From positions 25,936 to 89,935 of the forward strand of contig JAXGQG010000004.1 of NCBI GenBank assembly GCA_040766535.1: 64,000 bases of DNA. Reading direction: 5' to 3'. The position numbers and the translations under genes are program-made. The notes beneath the pieces were generated by a model. That model was not told where the DNA came from, made no database searches, and saw only the letters and a list, made by a program, of their open reading frames with translations. The stretch is from Dehalococcoidia bacterium. Lineage in GTDB: Bacteria; Chloroflexota; Dehalococcoidia; GIF9; AB-539-J10. Below are positions 46,084 through 56,328 of the stretch, piece by piece; within the stretch, counting starts at the first letter, position 1; the number at the start of each line of letters is the position of its first letter.

Positions 46084-46941
46084 TCACTCACCGCAGTAGA
46101 GGGCGAATCCCAGCAGCGACGGACCCGCCACCGCTTGAGTCACCGGGCTGGCGACGGCCAGGAGAGACTCCTCTGGTTGCAGCATCTCGTTGATCTCGCG
46201 CTGCATCTCACCAGCCTCATCGTAGCGCTCGGACGTGACAATAGCGATGTGTAGCGGTCTATCAGGTTCGTCCAGATTGCGCGCCAGGTCAAGTAGTCGT
46301 TCCTTCGCCTTGTTCCTGGACCGCGTCAACGCTATCGGACGTTCACGCCCCTGCGACAACCCTACCACGGGGAATACATGCAGCAGCGAACTGGCCCATG
46401 CCGCAAGCCTCGTCGCTCTACCCGTCCTGGCGAGGCACTGGAGCGAATCAAACGTGAAAGCCGCGGTCACACTGTGCTTGACTCGCTCGGCTGCTGCCAG
46501 CACTGCCGAAAGATCCGCACCCCGCGCAGCCGATCGCGCCGCCGCCAGGGCGACGAATCCCTGGGCCGTTGAGGTTGTGGCGGAGTCAAACACCACGACT
46601 TGAAGTGATGGGTTCCGCCGTTGCGCCGATTCTGCGCCGGCGCGAGCGAGCGAAATCGTGGACGTGAACTGCGAGAAGGCCACTACGTGTACGACGCACC
46701 CGGTGGCCGCGCCGGCCTCCTCATAAGTCCGCCGGTATACCTCGGGCGGCCATGGCGTCGTGTCTATAGCTGGCGCCCGTTGCAGTTGGGTCACCTCTGA
46801 AGGAGGCAGATCATCGCCGGTATCTCTGTAAACCCTGTCGCCGATGGAGAGCCTGACGGGCAGGACGTGAACGTCGCACGCCGCCACGAGATGCTGAGGC
46901 AGGCAGGCAACGCTGTCAGTGACGATCGTGACCTTTCTCAT
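46084..46941 (-). CDS. DegV-family (fatty-acid-binding) protein
   Basis: Track ORF. MRKVTIVTDSVACLP...VLPVRLSIGDRVYRD...VVFDSATTSTAQGFVALAAA fits DegV. Confidence 0.8.
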   Translation of the reverse strand: MRKVTIVTDSVACLPQHLVAACDVHVLPVRLSIGDRVYRDTGDDLPPSEVTQLQRAPAIDTTPWPPEVYRRTYEEAGAATGCVVHVVAFSQFTSTISLARAGAESAQRRNPSLQVVVFDSATTSTAQGFVALAAARSAARGADLSAVLAAAERVKHSVTAAFTFDSLQCLARTGRATRLAAWASSLLHVFPVVGLSQGRERPIALTRSRNKAKERLLDLARNLDEPDRPLHIAIVTSERYDEAGEMQREINEMLQPEESLLAVASPVTQAVAGPSLLGFALYCGE

Positions 46942-47323
46942 GCTCGCTCACGGTGCGGCGGCGCTCCGGGACAGGGAACGCCAGACCTGGCGCCGCCGTT
47001 GTATGGTACCTCATTCCGCGGTAGTGGCGTCTTTCTGAATGCGTGCCGTGTCGCCAATCACTCGGCGCTGCGGCTATGCGTCCATCCGTATTCGCTGTGC
47101 GCAATGGGGCGGTGCAATCACGCCGCGTCCCTTCGCCCGGCAACAGGACTCGGAAGAGCACGCGGATCCCTCCCGACGGTCCTGCGTCCTCTCCTGCGGT
47201 ATCGTCATGCCGTCATATCGCACTGGCTGTTTGCACTCCTTTGCTGGTCGGCACTGGTCCGGCCAACGCAGTGTTGTTGTAGAATGTGGCCGGACGCCGG
47301 TGGGCGTACAACAGGGGTGGACA

Positions 47324-48037
47324 ATGCCGGAGCGTTCTCAGTGGTCGTGGACGGGTTTGAATACCGGATTCTGGGCTGCGGTATGTGCGGCGATCTGGAC
47401 CGTCTGGTTCATGGCGGCGTTCGGAGTGTGGCAGTACAGACTGCCTGCGTGGCATGGTATCGATGCCTATGTGGCCGGTTTTGACGCTCTCGGCTACATG
47501 GCGTGGGTGGTGCCGTGCTTCCTGCTCGCGGTGACGTTCCCGGTGCTCATGGCTGCGGTATACCTGTATCTGCCCGCTGACAGGAGGGCGCCGGCACTGG
47601 TGTCGCTGGTGTTCGCCTGCCTCTACGGAGCTGTTCTGGGAGCCACGTATTTCCTGCTGGGCACGGTTGTCAGGTTCGCGGTGGCGGCGGGTGAGACGGC
47701 AGGAGGGATGGAGTGGCTGGTTGTGGGAAGCCCCTATTCGCTTCTCAATGCACTGGGAGGCGCCGGTTACCTCATGATGGGCCTGTCTACGGTTTTCGCG
47801 GGCCTCGCCTGGCGCGTGCCCGGCCGCTGGCGCAGAGCCACCCGGTGGTTGCTCCTCGTGAACGGCACGATGGCGATCGTCGGCGTTATGGCAGGAGTCC
47901 TCGGACTGGCGCCCGCGTCGATGTTCTTTCTGGGAGTATGGGGAGGGACATTCCCTGTGGCTGCCGTGCTCCTCGCGGTTCGCTTCAGACGGGACCTCAG
48001 AGTAGCCCCGGTCAGCAGCCGGGTGCTCCGGGCGTAG
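47324..48037 (+). CDS. polytopic membrane protein, function unknown
   Basis: Track ORF 47039..48037; ATG 47324. About 6 TM helices. Confidence 0.5.
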   Translation: MPERSQWSWTGLNTGFWAAVCAAIWTVWFMAAFGVWQYRLPAWHGIDAYVAGFDALGYMAWVVPCFLLAVTFPVLMAAVYLYLPADRRAPALVSLVFACLYGAVLGATYFLLGTVVRFAVAAGETAGGMEWLVVGSPYSLLNALGGAGYLMMGLSTVFAGLAWRVPGRWRRATRWLLLVNGTMAIVGVMAGVLGLAPASMFFLGVWGGTFPVAAVLLAVRFRRDLRVAPVSSRVLRA

Positions 48038-48074
48038 CTGCTCCTCAGATGCGGCGCAGCCGGCAACATTGCCG

Positions 48075-49208
48075 TCACGCCGCGGTGCGCAGGACCGGGT
48101 TATCGCCAGCGGCCTCCGCGGGTGGCGGGAGCTTGATGGGCAACCTGGCCCTCACACGCGTCCCTTCGTTTGGCCGACTCCTGATGGTGAGGTTGCCCTG
48201 AAGTGATGCCACCCTCTCCTTCATGCCAGAGAGCCCGAGGTGTCCGTCCAGCACCGCTCGAGTTGTGGTCGCATGTCCCGGGGAGAAACCGACTCCGTTG
48301 TCGGATACCTCAAGCACGATATGATCCGGGTTGAACAGCAGACTGACCACGGTCTCGGTTGCCTGAGAATGACGTGCGACATTGTGGAGCGCCTCCTGCG
48401 CGATACGGAAAGCCGCGGTCTCCACCGCGTCAGGCAGTCTTCTGGTTTCGCCCCTGGTGACCACGCGTGTGTTGATGCCCGATTCATTCCGCATTCGGAC
48501 GCATAGCCAGTTCACCGCCGGGAGCAGTCCAAGGTTGTCGAGGATGCTGGGTCGCAGATCGTAGCTGAGCCGCCGCAGTTCGTCCGAAAGACGGATACTC
48601 TCATCCCTGATGGCGAACGACTGCGGCTGTATGGAGGCAGGGTCCCAGGGCCCTGCGGTTCCGAGGCTCTCCGCCATGTAGGCGATGCTGAGCAGCCGCT
48701 GCAGCACATCGTCATGAAGTCCCTGAGAGATCCTCTGGCGCTCGCTCTCCTGTGCGGCGAACACTCGCTCGATCTGCATGCGCCGTTCGTTCTCCCGTTC
48801 AATCATGAGTTGCCTGTGCCGTTCGCGCCAGCGCATCTCCAGCAGCACAACCAGGGCTATGAGGAAGGGCACGCTCAAGTTCGCCGCATTGTGGACACTG
48901 GAATCGAGGCCGAGCGAGTACCTGGCGAGGCGGGGGGCGGCCACCGCACAGATCAGCAGCCACGAGGCGATGGCTCCGCTGAGGCGCAGTGTCAGAGTCG
49001 CGTAGACGAAGGGTATGAGGTACAGCACTCCAACCAGGTCGTTCCTCAGTTCGAAGAAGAAGTACTGGGTCAGGCTGAATCTGCTGTCACAGAACTGCCA
49101 GTAGAAGATGGTAATGATGACCACCAGTGCCATGGTCACCCACCAATGCTTGCTTGGCAGAGTCTGCCTCACGTGCTCCTTCAGGCGGGCGGCTGCAGAC
49201 GACGGCAT
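48075..49208 (-). CDS. sensor histidine kinase (HisKA_3 / NarL-partner type) with membrane N-terminal domain
   Basis: Track ORF. ERQRISQGLHDDVLQRL H-box, HNVARHS N-box, DNGVGF and GLSGMKERV G-boxes. Confidence 0.85.
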   Translation of the reverse strand: MPSSAAARLKEHVRQTLPSKHWWVTMALVVIITIFYWQFCDSRFSLTQYFFFELRNDLVGVLYLIPFVYATLTLRLSGAIASWLLICAVAAPRLARYSLGLDSSVHNAANLSVPFLIALVVLLEMRWRERHRQLMIERENERRMQIERVFAAQESERQRISQGLHDDVLQRLLSIAYMAESLGTAGPWDPASIQPQSFAIRDESIRLSDELRRLSYDLRPSILDNLGLLPAVNWLCVRMRNESGINTRVVTRGETRRLPDAVETAAFRIAQEALHNVARHSQATETVVSLLFNPDHIVLEVSDNGVGFSPGHATTTRAVLDGHLGLSGMKERVASLQGNLTIRSRPNEGTRVRARLPIKLPPPAEAAGDNPVLRTAA

Positions 49209-49215
49209 GGATTCC

Positions 49216-49914
49216 CTACTGGAGATCCTGCATCCCGAGGATCCCTAATCGTAACGCGGCTGTGACAGCAGCGGTTCGGCTATCCACTTCAAGTTTCGCG
49301 AACAGCTCCTCAAGATGCCCCTTCACCGTCCTCGTACTCACGCCCAGCCGTTGGGCTATCTCGTTGTTGCTGAGACCCTGAGCAAGTAGCGACAGTACCT
49401 CGAACTCGCGGGTGGTCAGCCGCGGCCCGGCAGCCTCAGGTGACGTATGGGCGCTGGAGATGGCGGAATCGACGACGTGACGTAGAGCCACCGCGCACAG
49501 GTAGATCTCACCTGCGACCACGCGGCGAATGGCTTCCACGATTTCGCCTCCCAGTACATCCTTCGTGAGAAAGCCGCTGGCGCCTCCTTGAAGCATGGAG
49601 CGTACATGCTCCGCATCATCATGAACGGTGAGCGCCAGGACTGCCGTTGTCGGGCATTCGGCCTTGATCTGGCGCACTGCTTCGAGACCGCTGACACCCC
49701 GTAGACCGATGTCCAGGATGACCACACTCGGATGGAGTTCCACCGCAAGGCGTACTGCCTCCTGGCCCTCACCTGTCTCGGCCACCACCTTGAAGTCGCT
49801 TTCTCGATCGAGAACACGCTTCACTGCATCGCGGAACAGCGGGTGGTCGTCCACCAGCATTATTGCTATCGTCGAGTCCGTAGCCCCATTGTATACGGCT
49901 TCGTTCTGACTCAC
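49216..49914 (-). CDS. NarL/FixJ-family response regulator (REC + LuxR HTH)
   Basis: Track ORF 49216..50076; GTG 49914 suggested. IAIMLVDDHPLFRDAV...VVILDIGL...LTTREFEVLSLLAQGLSNNEIAQRLGVSTRTVKGH. Confidence 0.85.
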   Translation of the reverse strand: MSQNEAVYNGATDSTIAIMLVDDHPLFRDAVKRVLDRESDFKVVAETGEGQEAVRLAVELHPSVVILDIGLRGVSGLEAVRQIKAECPTTAVLALTVHDDAEHVRSMLQGGASGFLTKDVLGGEIVEAIRRVVAGEIYLCAVALRHVVDSAISSAHTSPEAAGPRLTTREFEVLSLLAQGLSNNEIAQRLGVSTRTVKGHLEELFAKLEVDSRTAAVTAALRLGILGMQDLQ

Positions 49915-50419
49915 TCTGTGTGTGCTGCGGTTGGCCGCAGTCCTTTCTTCGCTCTCAGTCGGGGGATGTCTGGCGCCGCCAGTATACCGCGTGAGACGCC
50001 TGCAGGTACAAAGTATGGCTCTCCTACACGCGCTGAGCACCTGACTGAGAGCAGAGGCCAAATGGCCCCCGGCCATTGGGTCACCCTGTCAACGGGATGG
50101 CAGACCCTTGAACAGTTTACTCTTCGCCGATACTCTGCGCTTAGTGTCAGGCGCGCCCAGGATTGCCGATGGATGGCGACAGGAGCGGCTTCGTGATGCG
50201 GCAAGGTGGACCTGGACGGGTCTCCCGCTCTTCGGTTGCCTGATGCTGCATGAGCGTGAATCTCGTCGCCTTGCGGTTTGCAGATTACATAAGGGTATGT
50301 CACACTCGAATTCTACCCCGCAACTGTTCGGAGGTCTGCCTATGTAACAGTCGTACGTGCAGTATCCATCTCACAACGCAATAACCTCAAGTGAATATAG
50401 AGAGGAGGTTTGATTTGCC

Positions 50420-51568
50420 ATGAGAAGTGTCTTGCGGATCCTGACCATGGTCGGTGTGGTGAGTGCGCTCGTGCTGGGTTCTGTCGGCTGCGCGCCCGAA
50501 ACCACTCCTACCACTCCCACCACCCCCACGACTCCGACCTCTCCCACCACTCCCACCACCCCCACTACACCGTCCCAGCCGTCCACCCAGACCGTCAAGT
50601 GGGTGCAGGCGACCCCCTGGGTTGCGGCCGAGCTTGGCTTTCAGGGCATAGAACTACGAAATCAGATCCTGAAGGACATCAGCGGCGGCCGGTTCATCAT
50701 TGAGTCGCATCCTTCCGGCGCGTTGATGGGTGCCGAGGACGTGTTCGATGCCGCGCATGACGGCACGATCGATGCCTTCAACGCAACCCTTCACACATTC
50801 ATCGGTAAGATCCCCGCATCCCCGATGTTCGCCGCCATGCCGCTGGGCCTGAAGCGCGATGAGTACCAGGCGTGGTACGACTATGCCGGCGGCAAGGATC
50901 TCCTGATGGAGATGCTTGAGCCCTACAACTTCGGCTATGCGCAGCCGGTTGTCTTCCAGACACCCGAGGGCCTTTGCTGGTCCAACGTGAAGCTTGACAA
51001 CCTCGCCGCGTGGAAGGGTCTCAAGTTCCGCACGAAGGGTATCTGGGCGAACATACTGCAGAATCCTCAGGTGGGCGCGGCTGTGACGACGCTCTCCAGC
51101 TCAGAACTCTACTCCGCACTGGAGCGCGGCATCCTCGATGCGCTGGAGTACTCTACGCCTGGAAGCGACCTGCCCCTCGGCTTCTACGAGGTAACGAAAT
51201 ACCTGATGGTTCCTGGCTTCCATCAGCCGGCCACCGTGCTGTCTGACGTGGTGAACAAGGATTCCTGGAACAAGCTTCCCGCCGATATGAAGGCCATGTA
51301 TGACGCAGCCAACAGGGCGGCCGGCGTGCAGTGGTACGGCAATTACGTACTCGCCGATGCCGAGGCACTGGCCTTCTACGCGTCCCTTCCGTCTCTCGAA
51401 ATCGTCGTCTGCCCCGCGGACCTGCAGAAGACGTTCGCCGGTTTTGCTGATCAGGAGTACGCCAAGAACTCCGCTGCTGATCCCTTCTTCAAGAAGGTGT
51501 ATGACAGCCAGCGTGAATTCAAGGCCAAGTACGACTTCTTCAGCGGCTATCAGTCGATGAACTTCTAA
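50420..51568 (+). CDS. dctP: TRAP transporter substrate-binding protein (DctP family), lipoprotein with Thr/Pro linker
   Basis: Track ORF; RBS GAGAGGAGG. Lipobox LGSVGC. Body GLKFRTKGIWANILQ..GAAVTTLSSSELYSALERGILDALEYSTP. Confidence 0.85.
   Translation: MRSVLRILTMVGVVSALVLGSVGCAPETTPTTPTTPTTPTSPTTPTTPTTPSQPSTQTVKWVQATPWVAAELGFQGIELRNQILKDISGGRFIIESHPSGALMGAEDVFDAAHDGTIDAFNATLHTFIGKIPASPMFAAMPLGLKRDEYQAWYDYAGGKDLLMEMLEPYNFGYAQPVVFQTPEGLCWSNVKLDNLAAWKGLKFRTKGIWANILQNPQVGAAVTTLSSSELYSALERGILDALEYSTPGSDLPLGFYEVTKYLMVPGFHQPATVLSDVVNKDSWNKLPADMKAMYDAANRAAGVQWYGNYVLADAEALAFYASLPSLEIVVCPADLQKTFAGFADQEYAKNSAADPFFKKVYDSQREFKAKYDFFSGYQSMNF
50501..50572 (+). repeat. imperfect 9-nt (ACC ACY CCN) tandem repeat encoding (TTP)n linker
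   Basis: Encodes TTPTTPTTPTTPTSPTTPTTPTTP directly after the lipobox cysteine. Confidence 0.8.
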
Positions 51569-51580
51569 GAGTTGAGAAAC

Positions 51581-51615
51581 GGGCTCTGGCCATGGGCAAA
51601 ACCGGGCCAGAGCCC
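51581..51615 (+). promoter_or_regulatory. stem-loop between dctP and dctQ
   Basis: GGGCTCTGGCC (51581-51591), 13-nt loop, GGCCAGAGCCC (51605-51615): an 11-bp perfect stem. No U tract. Plausibly an mRNA-stability or attenuation element favouring binding-protein excess. Confidence 0.45.
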
Positions 51616-51641
51616 TCCCCTTCTCTAGAGGCAGGTTTGAC

Positions 51642-52178
51642 ATGCAGAATGAAAAAAGTGTGCAGGGTGGCAGTGGGATTCTCTCGTGGATCGACAGAGC
51701 CATATCGTGGTTAGGAGAAGCATCAGGGTTTCTTGTTCTGCCCCTCATCGCGGTAGTCGTGGTTGAGGTCTTCTCCCGGTATGTGCTGCATTCTCCGACC
51801 ATCTGGGCATGGGAGATGAGCCGGTTCTTCGGCGGCTCCATGTTCGTTCTTGCCCTTGGCTACATCTACCTTCGGGACCAGCATGTACGGGTGGACATCC
51901 TGTATAACCGCTGGAGCCCGCGTACTCGCGCCATCATCAATGTGGTGGTAGTCCTCATCATCGTCCTGCCGGTGCTCATCCCCGCGCTTCGTGTCATGTA
52001 CAACACAGCCGCGTTGTCGTGGAGCATAAAGGAAGTCAGCTCGGACAGCGCCTGGCGCGTGCCGATCTACTGGTTCAAGGCCATAATGCCGTTCTCGATG
52101 TTCCTGCTGCTCGTTTCCGTGATCGTCAAGTTCATTCGAGACCTGCGCGTGGTCTTCAAGGGGGAGTCCAATGCTTGA
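51642..52178 (+). CDS. dctQ: TRAP transporter small permease (DctQ family)
   Basis: Track ORF. Four TM segments. Position between the P and M genes. Confidence 0.8.
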   Translation: MQNEKSVQGGSGILSWIDRAISWLGEASGFLVLPLIAVVVVEVFSRYVLHSPTIWAWEMSRFFGGSMFVLALGYIYLRDQHVRVDILYNRWSPRTRAIINVVVVLIIVLPVLIPALRVMYNTAALSWSIKEVSSDSAWRVPIYWFKAIMPFSMFLLLVSVIVKFIRDLRVVFKGESNA

Positions 52179-53511
52179 TTTCACGCCTTCCCCTCAAATG
52201 GTAACCCTCATCATGTTTGGCCTCCTGGTCGTCGGTATCTTCACCGGTTTTCCCCTTGGCTTCGTGATTCTCGGCGTGGCCTTCATCACGGGCCTCCTGT
52301 TCATGGGGCCGACTCGAGTCTATGGCATTGTGGGTGCACACACCTACAAGCTGATGGTGAACTACATTCTCCTCGCGCTTCCTCTGTTCGTGTTCATGGG
52401 CTCGATGATTGGCTCTTCAGGCATGGCTGAACGCTTGTTTAGCACCCTCTATACGATTCTTGGCGGCATGCGTGGTGGACTTGCGTTGACGGTGATCGTA
52501 GTCTCCACCGTGTTTGCCGCCTGCACCGGCGTTATTGCTGCCTCGGTCACGACCATGGGCATCATCGCCATGGCCCCGATGGTTGCCCGGGGGTACGATA
52601 GGTCGCTCTCAGCGGGCGCTGTGGCGGCAGGTGGTACCCTCGGCATCCTCATTCCCCCCAGCATCATGCTGGTTATCTATGGCCCGATGGCCGAGATCTC
52701 GGTTGGCAAGCTGTTTGCCGGAGCCATCTTTCCAGGTCTCCTGCTCTCAGCCTTGTACATCCTATACATCATCGTGTACTGCCGCGTGAAGCCGCATGCC
52801 GGCCCTCCGATTCCACTGGAGGAACGGGAGGCGGTGCCTGCGGCCCGGAAGCTATTCCTTGCCGTTGTGTACATGGTGCCGCCGCTGGCCATCATTTTTG
52901 CGGTTCTCGGGACTATCCTGTTTGGCGTTGCGACGCCGACGGAGGCTGCCGGAATGGGCGCCTTCGCTTCGATTGTCGTGGCAGCAGCCTTCAAGTCCCT
53001 CAACTGGCAGACGCTCAGGAAAGCCATTTCTGAGACGTTGAGAATCACTGCGTTCGCCGGTCTCCTCACTATCGGCGCGGGCGTCTTCGCTGCCATCTTC
53101 CTGTACCTTCGCGGTGGTGAGTTTGTCACCGCGATGGTTACCAACGTGCCTGGAGGCAAATGGGCCAGCCTGCTCATCATCCTGGTAGTTATCTATCTCC
53201 TGGGCATGTTCATCGAATGGATCGGTTCCATCTACATCGTCGTACCGGTCTTCACGCCGATTGGGGCCGCCCTCGGATTCGATCCCGTCTGGTTCGCCAT
53301 CATCATCTGTGTTGCCTACCAGACCGGATTCCTCAGTCCGCCGAACGCGCATGCCATCTTCTACCTCAAAGCGGTCTCGCCGCCGGAGGTGACCCTTGGA
53401 GACATCATTAAGGGTGTTGTGCCGTTCATCGGACTGATTACCATCGGGCTTGTTCTATGCATAGTCTTCCCGAGCATCGTGACGTGGTTGCCCTCGGTGA
53501 CGGTAGGCTAG
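52171..53511 (+). CDS. dctM: TRAP transporter large permease (DctM family)
   Basis: Track ORF, 446 aa, highly hydrophobic. 8-nt overlap with dctQ. Confidence 0.9.
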   Translation: MLDFTPSPQMVTLIMFGLLVVGIFTGFPLGFVILGVAFITGLLFMGPTRVYGIVGAHTYKLMVNYILLALPLFVFMGSMIGSSGMAERLFSTLYTILGGMRGGLALTVIVVSTVFAACTGVIAASVTTMGIIAMAPMVARGYDRSLSAGAVAAGGTLGILIPPSIMLVIYGPMAEISVGKLFAGAIFPGLLLSALYILYIIVYCRVKPHAGPPIPLEEREAVPAARKLFLAVVYMVPPLAIIFAVLGTILFGVATPTEAAGMGAFASIVVAAAFKSLNWQTLRKAISETLRITAFAGLLTIGAGVFAAIFLYLRGGEFVTAMVTNVPGGKWASLLIILVVIYLLGMFIEWIGSIYIVVPVFTPIGAALGFDPVWFAIIICVAYQTGFLSPPNAHAIFYLKAVSPPEVTLGDIIKGVVPFIGLITIGLVLCIVFPSIVTWLPSVTVG

Positions 53512-53547
53512 TAGAGCCCAGGACTATACCTAAGGAGAAGCGAACAC

Positions 53548-54273
53548 ATGCGAGTCAATCAGGATACGTGCATCGGCTGTGGTCAGTGCGTTCTGCAGTG
53601 CACGGTCGGCGCGATCCGCATGAATGATGGAGTTGCACACATCGACAGGGATGAATGCGTCGAGTGCGGCGTCTGCTACCGCTTCAAGATCTGCCCCGTG
53701 GAGGCCATTGAGGAGGAGGAGCTGACCTGGCCACGGCAGGTTCGGGCCGATTTCTCTAATCCCACCACGCTGCACAAGACCACCGGTCTGGCCGGACGCG
53801 GGACCGAGGAGATGAAGACCAACGAGATCACCGGGAGGTTCCAACGCGGCTGGGTCGGACTTGGACTGGAATTCGGACGGCCGGGAATCGGCGCGCGGTT
53901 GCGCGATGTGGACAAGGCCAGCCGCAGGCTTGCCGCCCTGGGTGCCCACTTTGAGCCTCAGAGTCCGGTTACCGTGCTCATGGAAGACGTCAAGACCGGC
54001 AAGCTGCGCGAGGATATTCTCAATGAGAAATGCCTGTCGGCGATCATCGAGTGCGCCTTGCCCATCGAGAAGATCCGTGAAGGGTTGCTGGCTCTTCAGG
54101 AGATCGCCAACGAGGTGGAGACGGTCTTCACTGTGGATTGCATCAATGTGGCAGAGGATGATGAATCCCTGCCGATGGATCCCATTCTTGAGGAGATGGG
54201 CATTCCCCGCTATCCCAATGGCAAGACCAACGTTGGGCTTGGCCGCCCTCTCTTTGCAGGAGATGCCAGATGA
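53548..54273 (+). CDS. cassette gene A1: 2x[4Fe-4S] ferredoxin-domain protein with unassigned roughly 170-aa C-terminal domain
   Basis: Track ORF; RBS AAGGAG. CIGCGQCVLQC and CVECGVCYRFKIC motifs, then TWPRQVRADFSNPT, AGRGTEEMKTNEITG, GLEFGRPGIGARLRDVD, NGKTNVGLGRP. Confidence 0.8.
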   Translation: MRVNQDTCIGCGQCVLQCTVGAIRMNDGVAHIDRDECVECGVCYRFKICPVEAIEEEELTWPRQVRADFSNPTTLHKTTGLAGRGTEEMKTNEITGRFQRGWVGLGLEFGRPGIGARLRDVDKASRRLAALGAHFEPQSPVTVLMEDVKTGKLREDILNEKCLSAIIECALPIEKIREGLLALQEIANEVETVFTVDCINVAEDDESLPMDPILEEMGIPRYPNGKTNVGLGRPLFAGDAR

Positions 54274-54884
54274 CCCATTCGCTTCACAGACGAGGCAGCC
54301 GCGATAGTCTGGTCAAGGACTATCCTGTGCTGTGTATGGTGGCCATGGGCCACAACAATGTTGGCTCCAAGCCCGCACTGCAGGAGTTCTTCCGGATCGC
54401 GAGCCGCCACAACCCCTCCAACATGGGCACGGTGACTGCCAACGTGATCGGGACGCCGCTGGAGGACGTTATTGCAGGCGCCCACAACCTGTCGCAGGCG
54501 GTTTTCTCCAGCAAAGAAGACCTCATCGGCATGCTCAAGGACCTTAAGGAAGCTGATCTCGGAATCTCCATAATCGTGAGCGGACTGGTTGATGTGGTCC
54601 ACGAGTGCTGCCGCGCGGCCGGACTCAAGCGCCACACCGTCGAGTTCTCTCTCGGCATTTGGGGTAAGAAGGAACTGCTGCCAGCCGACGATGTGCTCGA
54701 GGTGACGACCATGTGCGGTCATGGCATGGTCCCTCCCAGGCTTGTGGAGTCGATCGTGGTGGATGTCCGGGAGGGCAAGCTGACGGCCGAGGCGGCCGGC
54801 AGGGCTCTCGCGTCCAAGTGCACCTGCGGCATCTTCAACCCGCTGCGTGCAGCAGAGTTGCTCGATGCGATGGCCCGGAAGTAG
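54270..54884 (+). CDS. cassette gene B1: Cys-rich protein of unknown family (MTHSLHRRGS... / TTMCGHG / CTCGIFNP)
   Basis: Track ORF. ATGA overlap with A1. Intact, with two paralogs downstream. Confidence 0.8.
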   Translation: MTHSLHRRGSRDSLVKDYPVLCMVAMGHNNVGSKPALQEFFRIASRHNPSNMGTVTANVIGTPLEDVIAGAHNLSQAVFSSKEDLIGMLKDLKEADLGISIIVSGLVDVVHECCRAAGLKRHTVEFSLGIWGKKELLPADDVLEVTTMCGHGMVPPRLVESIVVDVREGKLTAEAAGRALASKCTCGIFNPLRAAELLDAMARK

Positions 54885-54985
54885 TACGTATGCGACTGAT
54901 GGCCGTGGTGAGGCGGTACGCCGTCGTCGCCGTAACGGTCATCGTTGCTGATGGTTTCTCATAGTATCAAAGGAGTGGTGAACAT

Positions 54986-55711
54986 ATGCGAGTCAATCAA
55001 GATATGTGCATCGGCTGTGGCCAGTGCGTCCTGCACTGCACGGTCGGTGCTATCAGTCTGAACGATGGTGTGGCTGAGATCGACAGGGATGAGTGCGTCG
55101 AGTGTGGCGTGTGCTACCGGTTCCATGTGTGCCCTGTGGGCGCCATTGAGCAGGAAGAACTCACCTGGCCTCGTGAAGTCAGGTCCACGTTCTCCGATCC
55201 GACCACCGTTCATAAGGCGACGGGCATCGCCGGACGTGGCACTGAGGAGATGAAGACCAACGAGGTCACCGGCAGGTTTCAGCCTGGCTGGATTGGACTT
55301 GGACTGGAGTTCGGACGGCCCGGTATCGGTGCGCGACTCCGTGACGTCGACAAGGCCAGCCAGCGGCTCGCCAGGTTGGGTGCTCATTTCGAGGCCAACA
55401 GCCCGGTCACGATCCTGATGGAAGATGTGAAGACGGGCAAGATTCGCGAGGACGTCCTCGACGAGAAGTGCCTGTCCGCCATCATCGAGTGTGCCCTGCC
55501 GGTCGAGAAGATCCGTGACGGCCTCAAGGCTCTTCAGGAGATAGCCAAGGAAGTTGACACGGTCTTCACGGTCGACTGCATCAACGTAGTGGCGCCGGAC
55601 AACTCCCTGCCGATGGAGCCCATTCTCACGGAAATGGGCATCGCCCGGTATCCCAATGGCAAGACCAATCTGGGACTGGGCCGCCCGGTCTACAAAGGAG
55701 GCGCCAAATGA
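54986..55711 (+). CDS. cassette gene A2 (close paralog of A1)
   Basis: Track ORF; RBS AAGGAG. The first 69 nt differ from A1 at 7 positions. Same motifs as A1. Confidence 0.8.
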   Translation: MRVNQDMCIGCGQCVLHCTVGAISLNDGVAEIDRDECVECGVCYRFHVCPVGAIEQEELTWPREVRSTFSDPTTVHKATGIAGRGTEEMKTNEVTGRFQPGWIGLGLEFGRPGIGARLRDVDKASQRLARLGAHFEANSPVTILMEDVKTGKIREDVLDEKCLSAIIECALPVEKIRDGLKALQEIAKEVDTVFTVDCINVVAPDNSLPMEPILTEMGIARYPNGKTNLGLGRPVYKGGAK

Positions 55712-56328
55712 CCCATACACTACACCGACGTGGAAGCCGCCAGAGTCTCGCCCACGATTTTCCCATGCTGTCTATCAAGGCCGTGGGATTCAATGACGAA
55801 GGTTCTGAGCTCAAGTTGCGGAAGTTCCTGGAAATCGCCAGGCGTCACAATCCTGTCAACATGGGCAGCACTACAGCCAACGTCTTTCAGCAGCCTGTGG
55901 AGCAGGTGCTGCAGGGCGCCGGCAAGGTCTCTCACGCGGTCTTCTCAACTACCGACGATCTCGTCGCGATGATGAAGGACCTCAAGGAGGCCGATCTCGG
56001 CATGTCCGTGGTTGTCAGCGGGTTGGTCGATGTGGTCGACGAATGCTGCCAGAAGGCAGGCATTCAGCGCCATACTGTTGAGTTCTCTCTCGGCATCTGG
56101 GGCAAGACCGAATTGCTTCCTCCGGATGACATCCTTGAGGTGACCACGATGTGCGGCCATGCCATGGTTCCTCCTAAACTCGTTCAGTCCGTTGTCGAGG
56201 ACGTGCGCGCTGGCAAGATGACCGGGGAGGCGGCCGGAAAGGCGCTTGCGCCGCAGTGCACGTGCGGCATTTTCAATCCGGTGCGCGCCGGCGAGCTGGT
56301 GGCGGCCATGGCCGCCAAGAAGAAGTAA
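55708..56328 (+). CDS. cassette gene B2 (paralog of B1)
   Basis: Track ORF. ATGA overlap with A2. MTHTLHRRGS, ECC, TTMCGHA, CTCGIFNP. Confidence 0.8.
   Translation: MTHTLHRRGSRQSLAHDFPMLSIKAVGFNDEGSELKLRKFLEIARRHNPVNMGSTTANVFQQPVEQVLQGAGKVSHAVFSTTDDLVAMMKDLKEADLGMSVVVSGLVDVVDECCQKAGIQRHTVEFSLGIWGKTELLPPDDILEVTTMCGHAMVPPKLVQSVVEDVRAGKMTGEAAGKALAPQCTCGIFNPVRAGELVAAMAAKKK

Noticed and set aside
50371-50598. 75-aa minus-strand ORF with VGVVGVVGEVGVVG repeats
   Set aside because: Simply the reverse reading of the (TTP)n linker repeat of dctP.
54959-55720. 253-aa minus-strand ORF covering cassette gene A2
   Set aside because: Mirror ORF of a high-GC gene. The + strand product has ferredoxin motifs and two paralogs. 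The antisense product has no motif, and the equivalent antisense frame is not conserved as an ORF over A1.
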